A stretch of 48,159 bases of DNA from a virus: IMG/VR virus record IMGVR_UViG_3300032106_000033. One strand, 5' to 3'. The position numbers and the translations under genes were made by a program. Shown here one piece after another: positions 1 to 9,135 of the stretch. Each line of letters starts with the position of its first letter. Position 1 is the stretch's first letter. The notes below the pieces were generated by a model. The model was not told the origin of the DNA, did no database searches, and was given only the letters and a program-made list of their open reading frames with translations.

Positions 1-488
1 TCAGCAGTGGTAGTGACCACATCAGCATTCGTGGTGACTACATCAGCGTTGGTATCGATCTTATCCAGGGCAGTGGCAGCAGCATCAGCAGCCGTGCTTA
101 CCTTGTCAGCAGCGGTGGCTATAGCATCAGCATTGGTAGCAATTTTATCCAGAGCCGTAGCAGCAGCATCCGCATTGGTGCTAACCTTGTCCGCAGCAGT
201 AGACACAGCATCTGCCGCAGCAGCCACAGCTGAAGCAGAAGCGCTGGTCTCTGAGGTTTTGATTGCCCCAAAGGTGGCAACGTCCGTATCCAGGGTCGGA
301 ATAGGATGGTTCAAAATCTTCTGGCCGTTCATATCCAACGGAGCCGTCATGGTATTTGGAGACGTACCATCCCTACTGAGAGTGTTCTCCAAGGCTGCTT
401 CGATCCGGTCGTTGTTTTGCTTGCCTGTAAGAACAGCAGCTACGTCGTTCGCAAAGGATACGACATCTGCCAGAGTAATTTTAGCCAT
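1..488 (-). CDS. Tail fiber/tailspike, N-terminal part. The gene crosses the window edge and continues in frame at 48159..45987 if the contig is circular.
   Basis: ATG at 488-486 with purine-rich SD-like gaggggacagaagg upstream. Translation starts MAKITLADVVSFANDVAAVLTGKQNNDRIEAALENTLSRDG, followed by Ala/Asp-rich repeats. Open to position 1. The first 27 nt of the window equal the last 27 nt and the frame is preserved across the join. Confidence 0.8.
   Translation of the reverse strand, partial: MAKITLADVVSFANDVAAVLTGKQNNDRIEAALENTLSRDGTSPNTMTAPLDMNGQKILNHPIPTLDTDVATFGAIKTSETSASASAVAAAADAVSTAADKVSTNADAAATALDKIATNADAIATAADKVSTAADAAATALDKIDTNADVVTTNADVVTTTA
61..228 (-). repeat. Imperfect 84-nt (28-codon) tandem duplication inside the tail-fiber N-terminus
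   Basis: The unit beginning ttatccag starts at 61 and again at 145. It encodes AADKVSTxADAAATALDKIxTNAD twice. A shorter NADVVTT duplication lies within 1-50. Confidence 0.6.
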
Positions 489-574
489 CCTTCTGTCCCC
501 TCTTGTATTCTCTCCATGAGATGATGGTGATCGCTGTCCCTCCCAAACTTAAATCAAACAGTTGGCGATCCATC

Positions 575-1078
575 TTACGTGACATCAATTTCGAATACGA
601 GAGTAGCATTAATAGCATTAGTACTCGCACCATTAGTGATGATCTCGATAGCTTGACCAGCAGCGAGAACATTCAATGATGTAGGGGTACTATTATCCTC
701 GTCTCCTGCGGCGCTGCCGCTGAATGCAATAGTGATGATGCCATTAGTAACTAGAACAGTAGCAATCTCAAAGGTCAGATCAACGTCTGCTGTAGCAATA
801 GCTCCATGAAGGATGCTTCTGATCTTAGTGATCTTACCTGCCACAGGACAAGGAAGCCAGAAAGATTTAGCAGTTGAAACATCAACGATTTCATATGTAA
901 GGTAAATCAAGTTGACGTTCTTCACACTGGTCTTGTCCATAGAAGCGTGTGTAATCTTACGATAGGTACCTGATCCAGAACCATCCGCTGCGTAGAGAGT
1001 GTCAACAGACGCGGCTGCTACGCCCTTAGGTTCATGCAGCGAGGCGCCTGTTAATGCGTTATGTTGTTTATCAGCCAT
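575..1078 (-). CDS. Hypothetical virion protein, capsid-associated or decoration candidate by position
   Basis: 167-aa ORF just downstream of the capsid genes and upstream of the tail fiber. Beta-rich, Ala/Thr/Ile-rich composition. SD-like gaggaa before the ATG. No recognisable motif. Confidence 0.5.
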   Translation of the reverse strand: MADKQHNALTGASLHEPKGVAAASVDTLYAADGSGSGTYRKITHASMDKTSVKNVNLIYLTYEIVDVSTAKSFWLPCPVAGKITKIRSILHGAIATADVDLTFEIATVLVTNGIITIAFSGSAAGDEDNSTPTSLNVLAAGQAIEIITNGASTNAINATLVFEIDVT

Positions 1079-1090
1079 TTTAAATTCCTC

Positions 1091-1149
1091 AAAAGAAAAG
1101 GGGGATGCCGGTCAACCGACTTCCAAACCGTATCAAACCGCATCCCCCC
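1091..1149 (-). terminator. Rho-independent terminator after the capsid genes
   Basis: On the minus strand, gggggatgcggtt (1148..1136) pairs with accggcatccccc (1112..1100), about 12 bp with one bulge. It is followed by ttttcttttg. It sits between the 1162 stop and the 1078 start. Confidence 0.65.
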
Positions 1150-1161
1150 TATTCAGGTTAG

Positions 1162-1683
1162 TTAATCAGTGATCGGAATGTACTTGATCACCACAATCGC
1201 CGCACCGGCGGTGTACTTATCGATGGTCTGATAACCAGCTGAGAAGTACAAGTCCCTACCAGCTATGTTGTTCGGAACCACGTCATCAGTACCATCGACA
1301 TAGGCGCCATCCAGTGCAACGGTAGCACCCACGCTGTCGAGGGCCGTCAGAGCGATGTCTACATCGAAGCCATCCACATCATCTACAGTGAACGTACCAT
1401 CACCATCGTCATGCCACAGACCCAAGTCTAGGGTCGGCACACCAGCCGAGGTAAAGGCAGCAGTCACATACAGATCGGCTCTGATAATCTGAGCCTTCTG
1501 TGGCAGTCCAGCTTCCTCATAAACAAGAGCAGCAACATCAACGTCCGTAATGTCTACAGCCTTGATGTTGATTACCAACTCTTGCTCCATCCCCTTAACA
1601 GAGACGACACCAGAGGGAGCTACAACGGCCTGATCGAGACCAAAACGAACGAGGAGACCATCATCGTTAACCCATTTGACCAT
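1162..1683 (-). CDS. Hypothetical capsid-associated protein, decoration/cement candidate
   Basis: 173-aa acidic ORF immediately downstream of the major capsid gene (13-nt gap). Asp/Val/Gly-rich. Assignment is positional only. Confidence 0.45.
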   Translation of the reverse strand: MVKWVNDDGLLVRFGLDQAVVAPSGVVSVKGMEQELVINIKAVDITDVDVAALVYEEAGLPQKAQIIRADLYVTAAFTSAGVPTLDLGLWHDDGDGTFTVDDVDGFDVDIALTALDSVGATVALDGAYVDGTDDVVPNNIAGRDLYFSAGYQTIDKYTAGAAIVVIKYIPITD

Positions 1684-1695
1684 GATATATCCTCC

Positions 1696-2637
1696 TTATA
1701 CGTTATCTTCAGACATGACAACTACGAAGTTCTCAGGCCTAAAGAGATCGACACCCCAACGGGAGGTCGTAACATACTCTTCACGCTGCAAGTCCTGGTT
1801 AAACTGACTGTCCACTTCCGGCAACTGACGCCAAGCGCCAACAAACGGGAGGGTGTCACCAGGGGCAGCTGAGAAGAACAGATTAGCCTTGCCATTGGTT
1901 GTGGTGCGGGAGGTAATAGTCTCCGACGCCACGTCGTCGAGATAGTTAGAAACGAACACGTCGAAGCCATAAACGTTCTTGACAAACCTCATGCCAGTCG
2001 CAATACCAGAAGCGACGATACCTTCCCACATGGGGTTGGTAGACACGTTGACCAAGTTAGTCAGGGTGTTCAGCGTGAACTCCACCGACGGATCAACGAT
2101 AGCAATCATGTTCGTGTCAGGAACATTAGCCTTCTTCAGTGCGAACCTAGCCTTAGCAAAGTCCGTCACAGTCATGTCGTTATTCGTACCAGCCGCGACC
2201 CAACGGTGAACAGCACCATTGATCGAGTTGGCATCTGAAGCAGTCTGTTTCGTTTGCAGCTCCATGATGTCCTCTTCAAGGGCAACCATGAGAGCGCGAT
2301 GCTCCTTAGGAACAAAGCCAGCTTCGAGCTGAGCAGCATAGAACGCATCCTGCCTCGCCTTTTTCGTAATGTAGTGACCACTGGACTTGTACTCGGTAAT
2401 CGTGAACTGGAATTCACCAGTATCAAGAGCACGGTACTTGACCGGAGTGTTCTCTACGTAGTCATCCGCCAGAGCCTGACCAATGGACGGGATGGTGAAG
2501 GTGTCCCCATCAGGGAACTCATTCATCCAGTTAACATAGGTCATAGCCTGAAGTTCGTCGAGCAACTCTTCCTTGAGCTGAGAACTCCAAATTTCAGAGC
2601 GGATCAGTAGGCCAGTGTTACTAGTCGTATTAGCCAT
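1696..2637 (-). CDS. Major capsid protein (HK97-fold candidate)
   Basis: 313-aa ORF directly after the scaffold-like gene. The order portal-scaffold-capsid is conserved. A strong terminator follows the capsid block. No motif-level proof. Confidence 0.75.
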   Translation of the reverse strand: MANTTSNTGLLIRSEIWSSQLKEELLDELQAMTYVNWMNEFPDGDTFTIPSIGQALADDYVENTPVKYRALDTGEFQFTITEYKSSGHYITKKARQDAFYAAQLEAGFVPKEHRALMVALEEDIMELQTKQTASDANSINGAVHRWVAAGTNNDMTVTDFAKARFALKKANVPDTNMIAIVDPSVEFTLNTLTNLVNVSTNPMWEGIVASGIATGMRFVKNVYGFDVFVSNYLDDVASETITSRTTTNGKANLFFSAAPGDTLPFVGAWRQLPEVDSQFNQDLQREEYVTTSRWGVDLFRPENFVVVMSEDNV

Positions 2638-2662
2638 TTACCTTCTCCATGGTGGCTCCTAC

Positions 2663-3394
2663 TTATTTGTAGAAGTCTTCACCTAACCTTTCACGGTCTT
2701 TGAAAAGGCGCCTCTGTACCGCAGGGGAATAAAACTTAGCCTTGTTCTCCTTCCTCTGTATCATGTACCACTTATTAGTACCTGGGGTAGCTTCGGCACC
2801 CGATGAATTATTAGCTAAAGCTTCAGGGTTTATCGTAGACGTTGATCCCGCAGGCGTGGTCTCTTCTTGTTTAGAAGAAACCCCCATCAGATCTAAGAAT
2901 GCCTTAGGAGACTTAGCAGCCATCTCACCCAGGTCAGCCTTAGAGAGACCTAACTCCCTACACTTACCCTCGATGAACTCACTAGCCTTGTCACCATAGA
3001 CTGCCTTGACCTTGGCATCTGCTTCTGCGATATTCGCTGAGACGGTTTCTTGCCTCCTGCTTTCGCTAATTCTCTTATCTACCAGACTGTCCAAATCTTC
3101 TGGCTTCAGACCGGGGGTTGTGACCTCCTCTGAAACTTCAGACTTCTCAGGTCCCTTCTTCTTCATCTCTTCGAGCGTGGCTTCGGCTGTTAGCCTAGTG
3201 TCCAGCTCTGTCTTAAGAGATTTGTTCTGCTCCTCAAGGAAGTCAATGAACCTGTCTGCATGAGCCTTGCCTTTGGCTAGGTCATCCAGTCCACGCTCCT
3301 TTAACTTATCAACTTCTTCTTGGGTAGCAGCTACGGGCTTATTTTCTCCTGAGGGTTTCTCAGTAGGCTCTTGGAATACTGTCTCTTCAGGCAT
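2663..3394 (-). CDS. Scaffolding protein
   Basis: 243 aa, highly charged (Glu/Lys-rich) with helical-looking segments (EEVDKLKERGLDDLAKGKAHADRFIDFLEEQNKSLKTELDTRL). Located between the portal and capsid genes. Confidence 0.65.
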   Translation of the reverse strand: MPEETVFQEPTEKPSGENKPVAATQEEVDKLKERGLDDLAKGKAHADRFIDFLEEQNKSLKTELDTRLTAEATLEEMKKKGPEKSEVSEEVTTPGLKPEDLDSLVDKRISESRRQETVSANIAEADAKVKAVYGDKASEFIEGKCRELGLSKADLGEMAAKSPKAFLDLMGVSSKQEETTPAGSTSTINPEALANNSSGAEATPGTNKWYMIQRKENKAKFYSPAVQRRLFKDRERLGEDFYK

Positions 3395-3402
3395 TGTTTA
3401 CC

Positions 3403-3654
3403 TTAGTCCTTTCTTTGGGTTAAAGTTTTGATTTCGTTAAAGGCTCTGAGATAACCATTCAGATCAGCCTGCTTGAAGGGCCACGTAGTTAGAGCGTAGT
3501 CCTTCTCAGATAGGCGTGTCTTCTCAGCCGCACTGATCTTCTGGTTAATTATATCAGTTAGCCTGTCGAGGAGGGCAGAGCTATTGGCTATGTATGCCTT
3601 GAACTCCTTCCTCTCCTCTTCGTTCTTGATGTGGGATGTCCACATAATATGCAT
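3403..3654 (-). CDS. Small hypothetical protein between portal and scaffold
   Basis: 83-aa ORF. Its ATG overlaps the portal stop by 1 nt (3654). Confidence 0.55.
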   Translation of the reverse strand: MHIMWTSHIKNEEERKEFKAYIANSSALLDRLTDIINQKISAAEKTRLSEKDYALTTWPFKQADLNGYLRAFNEIKTLTQRKD

Positions 3655-5423
3655 TAAAGGCCCTCTTCATCAGGCGTGATATTGGCGGCAGTGGCAGCCT
3701 CGGTGTCGAGGCTCTCCTGCCCTGAACTGATCAGCCTTTGGGTTTCCATCTGTTCGACGATGCGAACATTGTCGCTCACCAACTCGAACTTCTGTACTCC
3801 TAATAGGGTCTCCATCATCTTAGCGAGCTTCTTTCCGCTGATATGTGCAGACACAGCCGGATCCGTACCTAGAGCTGAACCTGCTATGGCTACAAAGTTC
3901 TGCAACATGTTCGCCTGGGTGGCAAAGTGCCGTGCCCCTATGGGCTTAAGGCGCCCGTTTGCAGTGAGATCAGATTTGTCTATGTCCTTGAATAAGACAA
4001 CATCCACCTCGTCATCAAGAACACGGATCGTATCGTGCCCCTGTATGTTACGACGTGAAGTTTCGAGCATGTCATTAAGCAGCTTCTCCATAAACATAAT
4101 CTCAAAGAAGGCTGTCTTATTCTGGAAAATACGACCTGATGCATTCTCTAAGGTCTGCACTTCAAACTTGGTCTTTTCACCAGGAGTGCGAATACCCATC
4201 GCCTGTTTAGGCGCTCCGGCAAACTCCTCCATCTTCTGCTCAAGGATGCTGATCTGTGTGTCAGCGTTAAGCACCAGTGCATCGGGTGACATGAACGATA
4301 CGTCCCCATCATCACCGACAACAATTCTCTCACCTGGACCATACTCGAAGTCCTCAACAAAGCCCTTGATCTTAATGACAGGGTGTGCGATCAGATCGAA
4401 TACGTCCGCCTTGAGGTTTTCGAGATGGTCAATCCTGTATTGCATACCAACCAGGTTGTCAAGAGGGCCCATGGCATAAAGATTATCAGGACGTAACCGC
4501 CAACCTACTGCGCGAAACTTGTTAACATTCCACGCCGGTATGGCGGTATTCCGAATGATGTGGGCTCTGTCAACGACCGTAATGACCCGATTGTGGTGTA
4601 ACTCTGACTTGTTCTCATCCCATATATCTCCGTATAACTCAAGAATTTCCACCATGCCACTCTCGTAGTATGCAGTGACACTAGCGAAACCATCTACAAC
4701 GAAACCATCATTCTTGTCAGCGTCGCTCTCATTGATATTCGAGAGTGCCTTCCTTACGTCAAGTATCTTCGTGAATATCTCTTCCTGGTATGCCAGCTCA
4801 GGCCTATCTTCCAGGTCCTTCTTGATGTCACCCAAACTCTTCATCGAACGGACAATCTTAGGACTGTCTTCGAAAGTAGCAGCCAAAGGGTTGAATACCA
4901 AGTCCAGAGGACTTATACGCACCAATCGCGGACCAATGTACTGTACGGTCTCTTCTCCACCCTCTTCCTTATGAACATCGTTGACATACTCAGTCGTAGC
5001 GTACGCATTACCATAGTCGATCCAATCGTAGACCAACTGACTGACGACAGCCCTGAAGTCGGACGCATCAGTCTTGTTCCGCATGTACTCTTCAATGACC
5101 TGACGCTTGCTTTCTTCCTCAGCGTCCCTGTCTCCTCCCTGCCAGGTCAGCCAATTCTCATTCGGGAACAGGGCTGCCATGTAATTGGCATGGAGGTTAT
5201 CTCTAATCTGACAAATCTTAGGAGTGGAGGTACTGTTCTTCCAAGGAAGCTTCTTATTCGTTGTATCAGCAGTGGAAGTTTGGAAGATGTAGTTACGCAA
5301 CTCCCGTTTCTCTCCCCTCCACGTTTCTCTTAGACCATTCCACAAATTGTATTTAGCCGCAATCTGGACGGCCAGACTATTGGGCTCAATGATCTCCTCA
5401 AAAGTAATTGTACGTCCGGCCAT
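3654..5423 (-). CDS. Portal (head-to-tail connector) protein
   Basis: 589-aa ORF downstream of the large terminase and upstream of scaffold and capsid. Size and position are typical of podovirus portals. Confidence 0.8.
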   Translation of the reverse strand: MAGRTITFEEIIEPNSLAVQIAAKYNLWNGLRETWRGEKRELRNYIFQTSTADTTNKKLPWKNSTSTPKICQIRDNLHANYMAALFPNENWLTWQGGDRDAEEESKRQVIEEYMRNKTDASDFRAVVSQLVYDWIDYGNAYATTEYVNDVHKEEGGEETVQYIGPRLVRISPLDLVFNPLAATFEDSPKIVRSMKSLGDIKKDLEDRPELAYQEEIFTKILDVRKALSNINESDADKNDGFVVDGFASVTAYYESGMVEILELYGDIWDENKSELHHNRVITVVDRAHIIRNTAIPAWNVNKFRAVGWRLRPDNLYAMGPLDNLVGMQYRIDHLENLKADVFDLIAHPVIKIKGFVEDFEYGPGERIVVGDDGDVSFMSPDALVLNADTQISILEQKMEEFAGAPKQAMGIRTPGEKTKFEVQTLENASGRIFQNKTAFFEIMFMEKLLNDMLETSRRNIQGHDTIRVLDDEVDVVLFKDIDKSDLTANGRLKPIGARHFATQANMLQNFVAIAGSALGTDPAVSAHISGKKLAKMMETLLGVQKFELVSDNVRIVEQMETQRLISSGQESLDTEAATAANITPDEEGL

Positions 5424-5439
5424 GTTTGATCCTTTTCTT

Positions 5440-5513
5440 TGGAGCGAGCACTCGGAGTCGAACCGAGATCAGAAGGGTGGAAACCTACTATGTTACCATT
5501 ATACCATGCCAGC
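5440..5513 (-). tRNA. tRNA-Gly(UCC) candidate with encoded CCA
   Basis: Hand-folded cloverleaf on the minus strand. Acceptor gctggca/tgctcgc has 1 mismatch. T arm is ctcgg-ttcgact-ccgag. Anticodon loop is tt-TCC-ac on a 5-bp stem with 1 mismatch. The D arm is weak. 71 nt plus CCA. It exactly fills the gap between 5514 and the portal start. Confidence 0.6.
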
Positions 5514-5816
5514 TTATCCAAACAATTCTTTCTTGAGCTCAGGGTTATCTGAGAATACAGTGGTTAGCCCAATAGCTAATGCCCTTACAGCAACCTCTTC
5601 CTCCACTGCCCCTTCGACTGTAATCCACTGGCCCCATATAGCATGTAAGATTTCATGGAGGAAAGTCTCTTTCTTCCTCTCCTTGCTCACCTTACTATCG
5701 AGCTTGATCTCCTGGGTAGAAGAGTTCTGTGTTCCATAAACACCTCTTACATCTGCTTCGTTACCCTCAAAGTCTTTGACAGCATACGTCAAGAAACCTA
5801 CCTTCAGCTTATCCAT
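5514..5816 (-). CDS. Small HExxH-motif protein (putative zinc metallopeptidase-like)
   Basis: 100 aa containing FLHEILHAIWG (HEILH). The start overlaps the terminase stop (5816). Confidence 0.5.
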   Translation of the reverse strand: MDKLKVGFLTYAVKDFEGNEADVRGVYGTQNSSTQEIKLDSKVSKERKKETFLHEILHAIWGQWITVEGAVEEEVAVRALAIGLTTVFSDNPELKKELFG

Positions 5817-7366
5817 TAAAAGGTTACTCCTCCGAATTTACTGTGAGTGGACACCTTCTTTTTGAAAGTGTGCATCCCGCCGGACATAGGCCGGACGAGG
5901 ATGTCAATCGCACTCGCCAATGCATCCTTGATGTCGTCATGCGGAGGATGTGCTACGACCAGCTCGTCTTCTAAGAGCTGGCAGTTACCACCTCGATAAT
6001 GCCAAATTTGCAAGTTCTCATATCTCGGCTGTAAAATAGCTGCTATTCTTTCTTCCTTACTGCCCTGTGTCCGAGTAGGCTTGAACTCGTCAATGCTTAA
6101 CGCAATCCCGTTAGGCTTGATGTAGTTGTTTTTAAGGTCTCCTACGATCACACTTTGAGCGGCAGTTACTTCTGCTCTTAACTTCCTAAAGTCCCACTTG
6201 TTCTGTAGGGCCAGGACCCTATTGTAATACTCACTAATCTTGTCCGTCTTGAACCTGTCTATATCCAAGACATAGATGTTGTTGTTCCGATCTACACCTA
6301 CAACTACGATAGCCGTGAAATCGCTACGCTTACCCATAGTAAAAGCGAAATCGATTGATGCTACAAGATTGATACGCTCAGCCTTGAAGAACCACAGTCC
6401 ACCAGTACGAGACAACACTTTCCTGTCGTAGTATTGAAAACGATCTCTAGTGATCCCCTCCGAAAGGGGGTCGTTCGGGTCGTTGTAGTACTGCGCCCTA
6501 AACTGGGTACGGTTAAGGTACTTGGCTCTCTTCTTGGCTAGAATACCAATATCAAATCCAAACCAGCTACCGTCCGCCCTCCGTTGGCGAGGCCAGATGA
6601 ACTCACCAGTTCCATCCCCAATATCCTCCACCTGTTTTTCAAATTTCTCATAGACTGGATTACCACCAATAATCTCGCCTTCATCATTATATATATCCTC
6701 TTCCATCTCAACGATGGTAGCATACAGGTCCTTCGGATGATATCTAGTACCCACGATCCACTCCTGAGCATCCACAGTCTCAATGGACGACAGCAAGGAG
6801 TATTGGCCCTCAACCTTATCTCTTCCCTCATTCGTGTAGGCATTCTCATAGACGACTACATCGTCGAGGACAGCCACATCACAATGAAGCCCGGTAAGGG
6901 AAGTAGTGAGGCCACCAGTAAAAACAGTACTATCACGAACATTCTCTTCACGACGCTTGGGATGATCGAAACAGATTTCTGAGTTAGTCCATTTCTCACG
7001 CTTGCCCTCTTCTTGGTTCACGTGGTCGGGCCAATAGCGACGGAATATATCTGAGGTAAAGATGTCCTTCAAAAACTTCAGTTGCTTCTCAGCCAGGTTA
7101 GCAGTGGACGACAGGTACAAGATACGGTAGTGTGGGTTCTTGGCCAAGGTCCATGCCACCCTATAAGCGATCATCCTACTCTTCTGATGATCCCGAGGCA
7201 GCAGTACAAGCTGATGGGTCTTAGAATTCTCTCTCTCCCACCAGTAACAGAGTTCTTCATGGATCGACCCGAGTAGGGTCTTGGGGTGAACAAGGTGGAT
7301 GAAGGATATGAGGGAAGCTTCCGCGGCCAACCTGATCTCTTCTTTCTTCTCAGATAGCTTGGTCAT
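5816..7366 (-). CDS. terL: Terminase large subunit
   Basis: 516 aa. ATPase signatures LLPRDHQKS (Walker A-like) and CDVAVLDDVV (Walker B). C-terminal RNase H-like nuclease pattern ASIDFAFTMGKRSDFTAIVVVGVD. Confidence 0.85.
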   Translation of the reverse strand: MTKLSEKKEEIRLAAEASLISFIHLVHPKTLLGSIHEELCYWWERENSKTHQLVLLPRDHQKSRMIAYRVAWTLAKNPHYRILYLSSTANLAEKQLKFLKDIFTSDIFRRYWPDHVNQEEGKREKWTNSEICFDHPKRREENVRDSTVFTGGLTTSLTGLHCDVAVLDDVVVYENAYTNEGRDKVEGQYSLLSSIETVDAQEWIVGTRYHPKDLYATIVEMEEDIYNDEGEIIGGNPVYEKFEKQVEDIGDGTGEFIWPRQRRADGSWFGFDIGILAKKRAKYLNRTQFRAQYYNDPNDPLSEGITRDRFQYYDRKVLSRTGGLWFFKAERINLVASIDFAFTMGKRSDFTAIVVVGVDRNNNIYVLDIDRFKTDKISEYYNRVLALQNKWDFRKLRAEVTAAQSVIVGDLKNNYIKPNGIALSIDEFKPTRTQGSKEERIAAILQPRYENLQIWHYRGGNCQLLEDELVVAHPPHDDIKDALASAIDILVRPMSGGMHTFKKKVSTHSKFGGVTF

Positions 7367-7382
7367 GTATGTCTCCTATGGT

Positions 7383-7895
7383 TTAAGAAACGAGCTTAAG
7401 CCTTTTGAGGTCCTTCTCTACAGCACTCTCGACATCGGCCTTTATCCTGGCCTGCCTATCGATGTCAGCCTTCTTGGGACGACCCTTTGTTCCTTCCCAG
7501 CCCTTGTTGACCAGGAATTTAGCAGCAGCAAGAGCCTGCTGGCCCTCACCGTCTGCAATATCTTTTATTTGTTTAAGCCCCTCAGACGCGAGCTTCACTT
7601 CAAGCTCCTCTAACCAACCATCCAAATGTGGCCGAAACCACTTCTGCGCACAAAGGCGCTGCCAATGCTCATAAGAGCCGAGAACTTTCTTAGCGAAACG
7701 ATAGCCTGTGGGATCATTAAAAGATATAAATAGCTTAGGGAAGGAGACGTATCCCTCCTTGTCGAACTCACTCAGGGTAAAAGGGGGACTAAACGGAACC
7801 TTATTGTTCCTCGAGGTTTGGTAGAGATACTCTACGAATAGGCTTTGCGTTCTCCACCTTCCTCTGTCATCTTTGTACGGAGGTTTAAGTATCAT
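7383..7895 (-). CDS. Putative terminase small subunit / DNA-packaging protein
   Basis: 170 aa directly upstream of terL. Basic C-terminal half AAKFLVNKGWEGTKGRPKKADIDRQ, which resembles small-terminase tails. Mainly positional. Confidence 0.5.
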   Translation of the reverse strand: MILKPPYKDDRGRWRTQSLFVEYLYQTSRNNKVPFSPPFTLSEFDKEGYVSFPKLFISFNDPTGYRFAKKVLGSYEHWQRLCAQKWFRPHLDGWLEELEVKLASEGLKQIKDIADGEGQQALAAAKFLVNKGWEGTKGRPKKADIDRQARIKADVESAVEKDLKRLKLVS

Positions 7896-8037
7896 GTATT
7901 ACAGTCCCCCTATATCCGTTTATGGAAAGTCGTTCAATATCCACCAGATGAAGTGTCTTAGTATCGTTAAAGGCTGCCAACACAGCAGCAAGAGGGCCTT
8001 CATCTGTCTTAAAATTCACCACTGCAAAATTAGCCAC
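7885..8037 (-). CDS. Small hypothetical protein (50 aa, GTG start)
   Basis: Hand-translated as (M)ANFAVVNFKTDEGPLAAVLAAFNDTKTLHLVDIERLSINGYRGTVIHDT. It overlaps the 7895 start by 11 nt. The + strand ORF 7873..8061 looks like its antisense shadow. Confidence 0.4.
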   Translation of the reverse strand: MANFAVVNFKTDEGPLAAVLAAFNDTKTLHLVDIERLSINGYRGTVIHDT

Positions 8038-8146
8038 TACACCACAATTCTACTCCGATAAAGAATATGAACAACTACATCATCAGCGGCAGCATCAATA
8101 GAGTTGTTATCCAAAACTTGAATACTAAAGCCTGATGGCAACACTA

Positions 8147-8401
8147 TTAGGCATCAGCCATAAGGCCGTGGTTCTTCAACACGGTTATAATATTATTAAT
8201 CGCAGCAATCATCAAATCACGATTAGCAGCAGTGTCATACGCACCAGTAATAGCGCCAACACCACCAGCAGGGGCATTAGCAACGAGCGGCGACTGGGCC
8301 TTAATCACTTGCTTCCCGTCAACAGCGAATCCGCCAGCATCAATAGTGATGTTGGAACGGTCATCTCTCTTCTCGGGATGCACTAATGTTGGATTAGCCA
8401 T
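8147..8401 (-). CDS. Small fibre/decoration-like protein with an HGLM C-terminal motif
   Basis: 84 aa ending AGGVGAITGAYDTAANRDLMIAAINNIITVLKNHGLMADA. The same type of C-terminal motif ends the tail fiber (ERVKALIDDLIAHGIIGI). Confidence 0.55.
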   Translation of the reverse strand: MANPTLVHPEKRDDRSNITIDAGGFAVDGKQVIKAQSPLVANAPAGGVGAITGAYDTAANRDLMIAAINNIITVLKNHGLMADA

Positions 8402-8496
8402 TATCTCTTTCCTTTCCTAGTCTTTTTGAGGATTTTCTTAATCTTCCTCTTCAATGTCTTCTTTTTCTTACGTTCTTTCGGTGTATGACTTGGCAT
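8401..8496 (-). CDS. 31-aa extremely basic microprotein
   Basis: Hand-translated as MPSHTPKERKKKKTLKRKIKKILKKTRKGKR. ggag lies 9 nt upstream. TAATG overlap with the 8401 start. Below the ORF-track size cutoff. Confidence 0.4.
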   Translation of the reverse strand: MPSHTPKERKKKKTLKRKIKKILKKTRKGKR

Positions 8497-8498
8497 TA

Positions 8499-8771
8499 TT
8501 AGTCTCCTCCTGGATCACCTGGAAAGGCTCCTGCAAAGGCTCCTGCAAAGGCGTTAGGGTTTATTCCTCTAGAAAACCTCTTTGCCCCTGCTATTTTCGA
8601 ACCAGAAGAAGAAGAAGGAACAGAAACACTGTTAATAACCTGTCGAGATGGCCTAGGTTTACCTAGAAGTGATCTCCCTGTCCCAGCAAACCCAAGAAAA
8701 TTGTTAGGGAAGTTTGATGGCGTTCCAAACTCACCAAACAAACTCACTAGGTCTCTTCCTTCGTGAAACAT
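8499..8771 (-). CDS. Low-complexity hypothetical protein
   Basis: 90-aa ORF between tRNA-Thr and the basic microprotein. Contains an AFAGAFAGAF repeat and a Ser-rich stretch. Confidence 0.4.
   Translation of the reverse strand: MFHEGRDLVSLFGEFGTPSNFPNNFLGFAGTGRSLLGKPRPSRQVINSVSVPSSSSGSKIAGAKRFSRGINPNAFAGAFAGAFPGDPGGD
8523..8552. repeat. 12-nt tandem repeat, 2.5 copies
   Basis: aaaggctcctgc aaaggctcctgc aaaggc. Encodes the (AFAG)n repeat on the minus strand. Confidence 0.8.
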
Positions 8772-8788
8772 TCTATTTTTCCTAAAAT

Positions 8789-8863
8789 TGGTGCCAGGGG
8801 AAGGACTTGAACCCTCAACCTGTACCGTACAAAGGGACTGCTCTGTATTGGAGCTACCCTGGC
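8789..8863 (-). tRNA. tRNA-Thr(UGU) with encoded CCA
   Basis: Perfect 7-bp acceptor gccaggg/ccctggc. D stem gctc/gagc. Anticodon loop tt-TGT-ac. T arm gaggg-ttcaagt-ccttc. Discriminator A followed by CCA. Confidence 0.75.
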
Positions 8864-8864
8864 T

Positions 8865-9059
8865 TTATTTTCCCCTAATTCTAATTGGAATTGGAAAATC
8901 CCTTAAAGGGGCTTTCTGTTTTATCAATCTCTTTATTCTTTGATTAAAAATACCCTTCAGGTCTTTCTTCAGCTTTTGTTTCCTCTTAGGAGGAAAAAGC
9001 TTATCAAACTGTTTGTTTGTAAGAGGAGCCATCTTCTTGGGGCCAACTACCTTTGTCAT
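8865..9059 (-). CDS. 64-aa highly basic protein
   Basis: MTKVVGPKKMAPLTNKQFDKLFPPKRKQKLKKDLKGIFNQRIKRLIKQKAPLRDFPIPIRIRGK. Its stop abuts tRNA-Thr with a 1-nt gap. Confidence 0.45.
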   Translation of the reverse strand: MTKVVGPKKMAPLTNKQFDKLFPPKRKQKLKKDLKGIFNQRIKRLIKQKAPLRDFPIPIRIRGK

Positions 9060-9135
9060 ACTCTTTTTCCTAAGCTCCTATATGTTGTTGGCAAGGGAGA
9101 CCAGCAGGCTTCCATTACAACACATCCCTATAAAC

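Noticed and set aside
7-519. 170-aa + strand Ala/Ser/Val-rich ORF, with similar + strand ORFs at 47226-47691
   Set aside because: Antisense shadows of the Ala-rich tail-fiber gene. The minus frame has the proper start, repeats and continuity across the contig join.
8865-9059. Phage-encoded ribosomal protein (bS21 or bL34-like) as an explanation for the basic microproteins
   Set aside because: I recognise no sequence resemblance to S21, L34 or L36 consensus sequences. Only the charge is similar.
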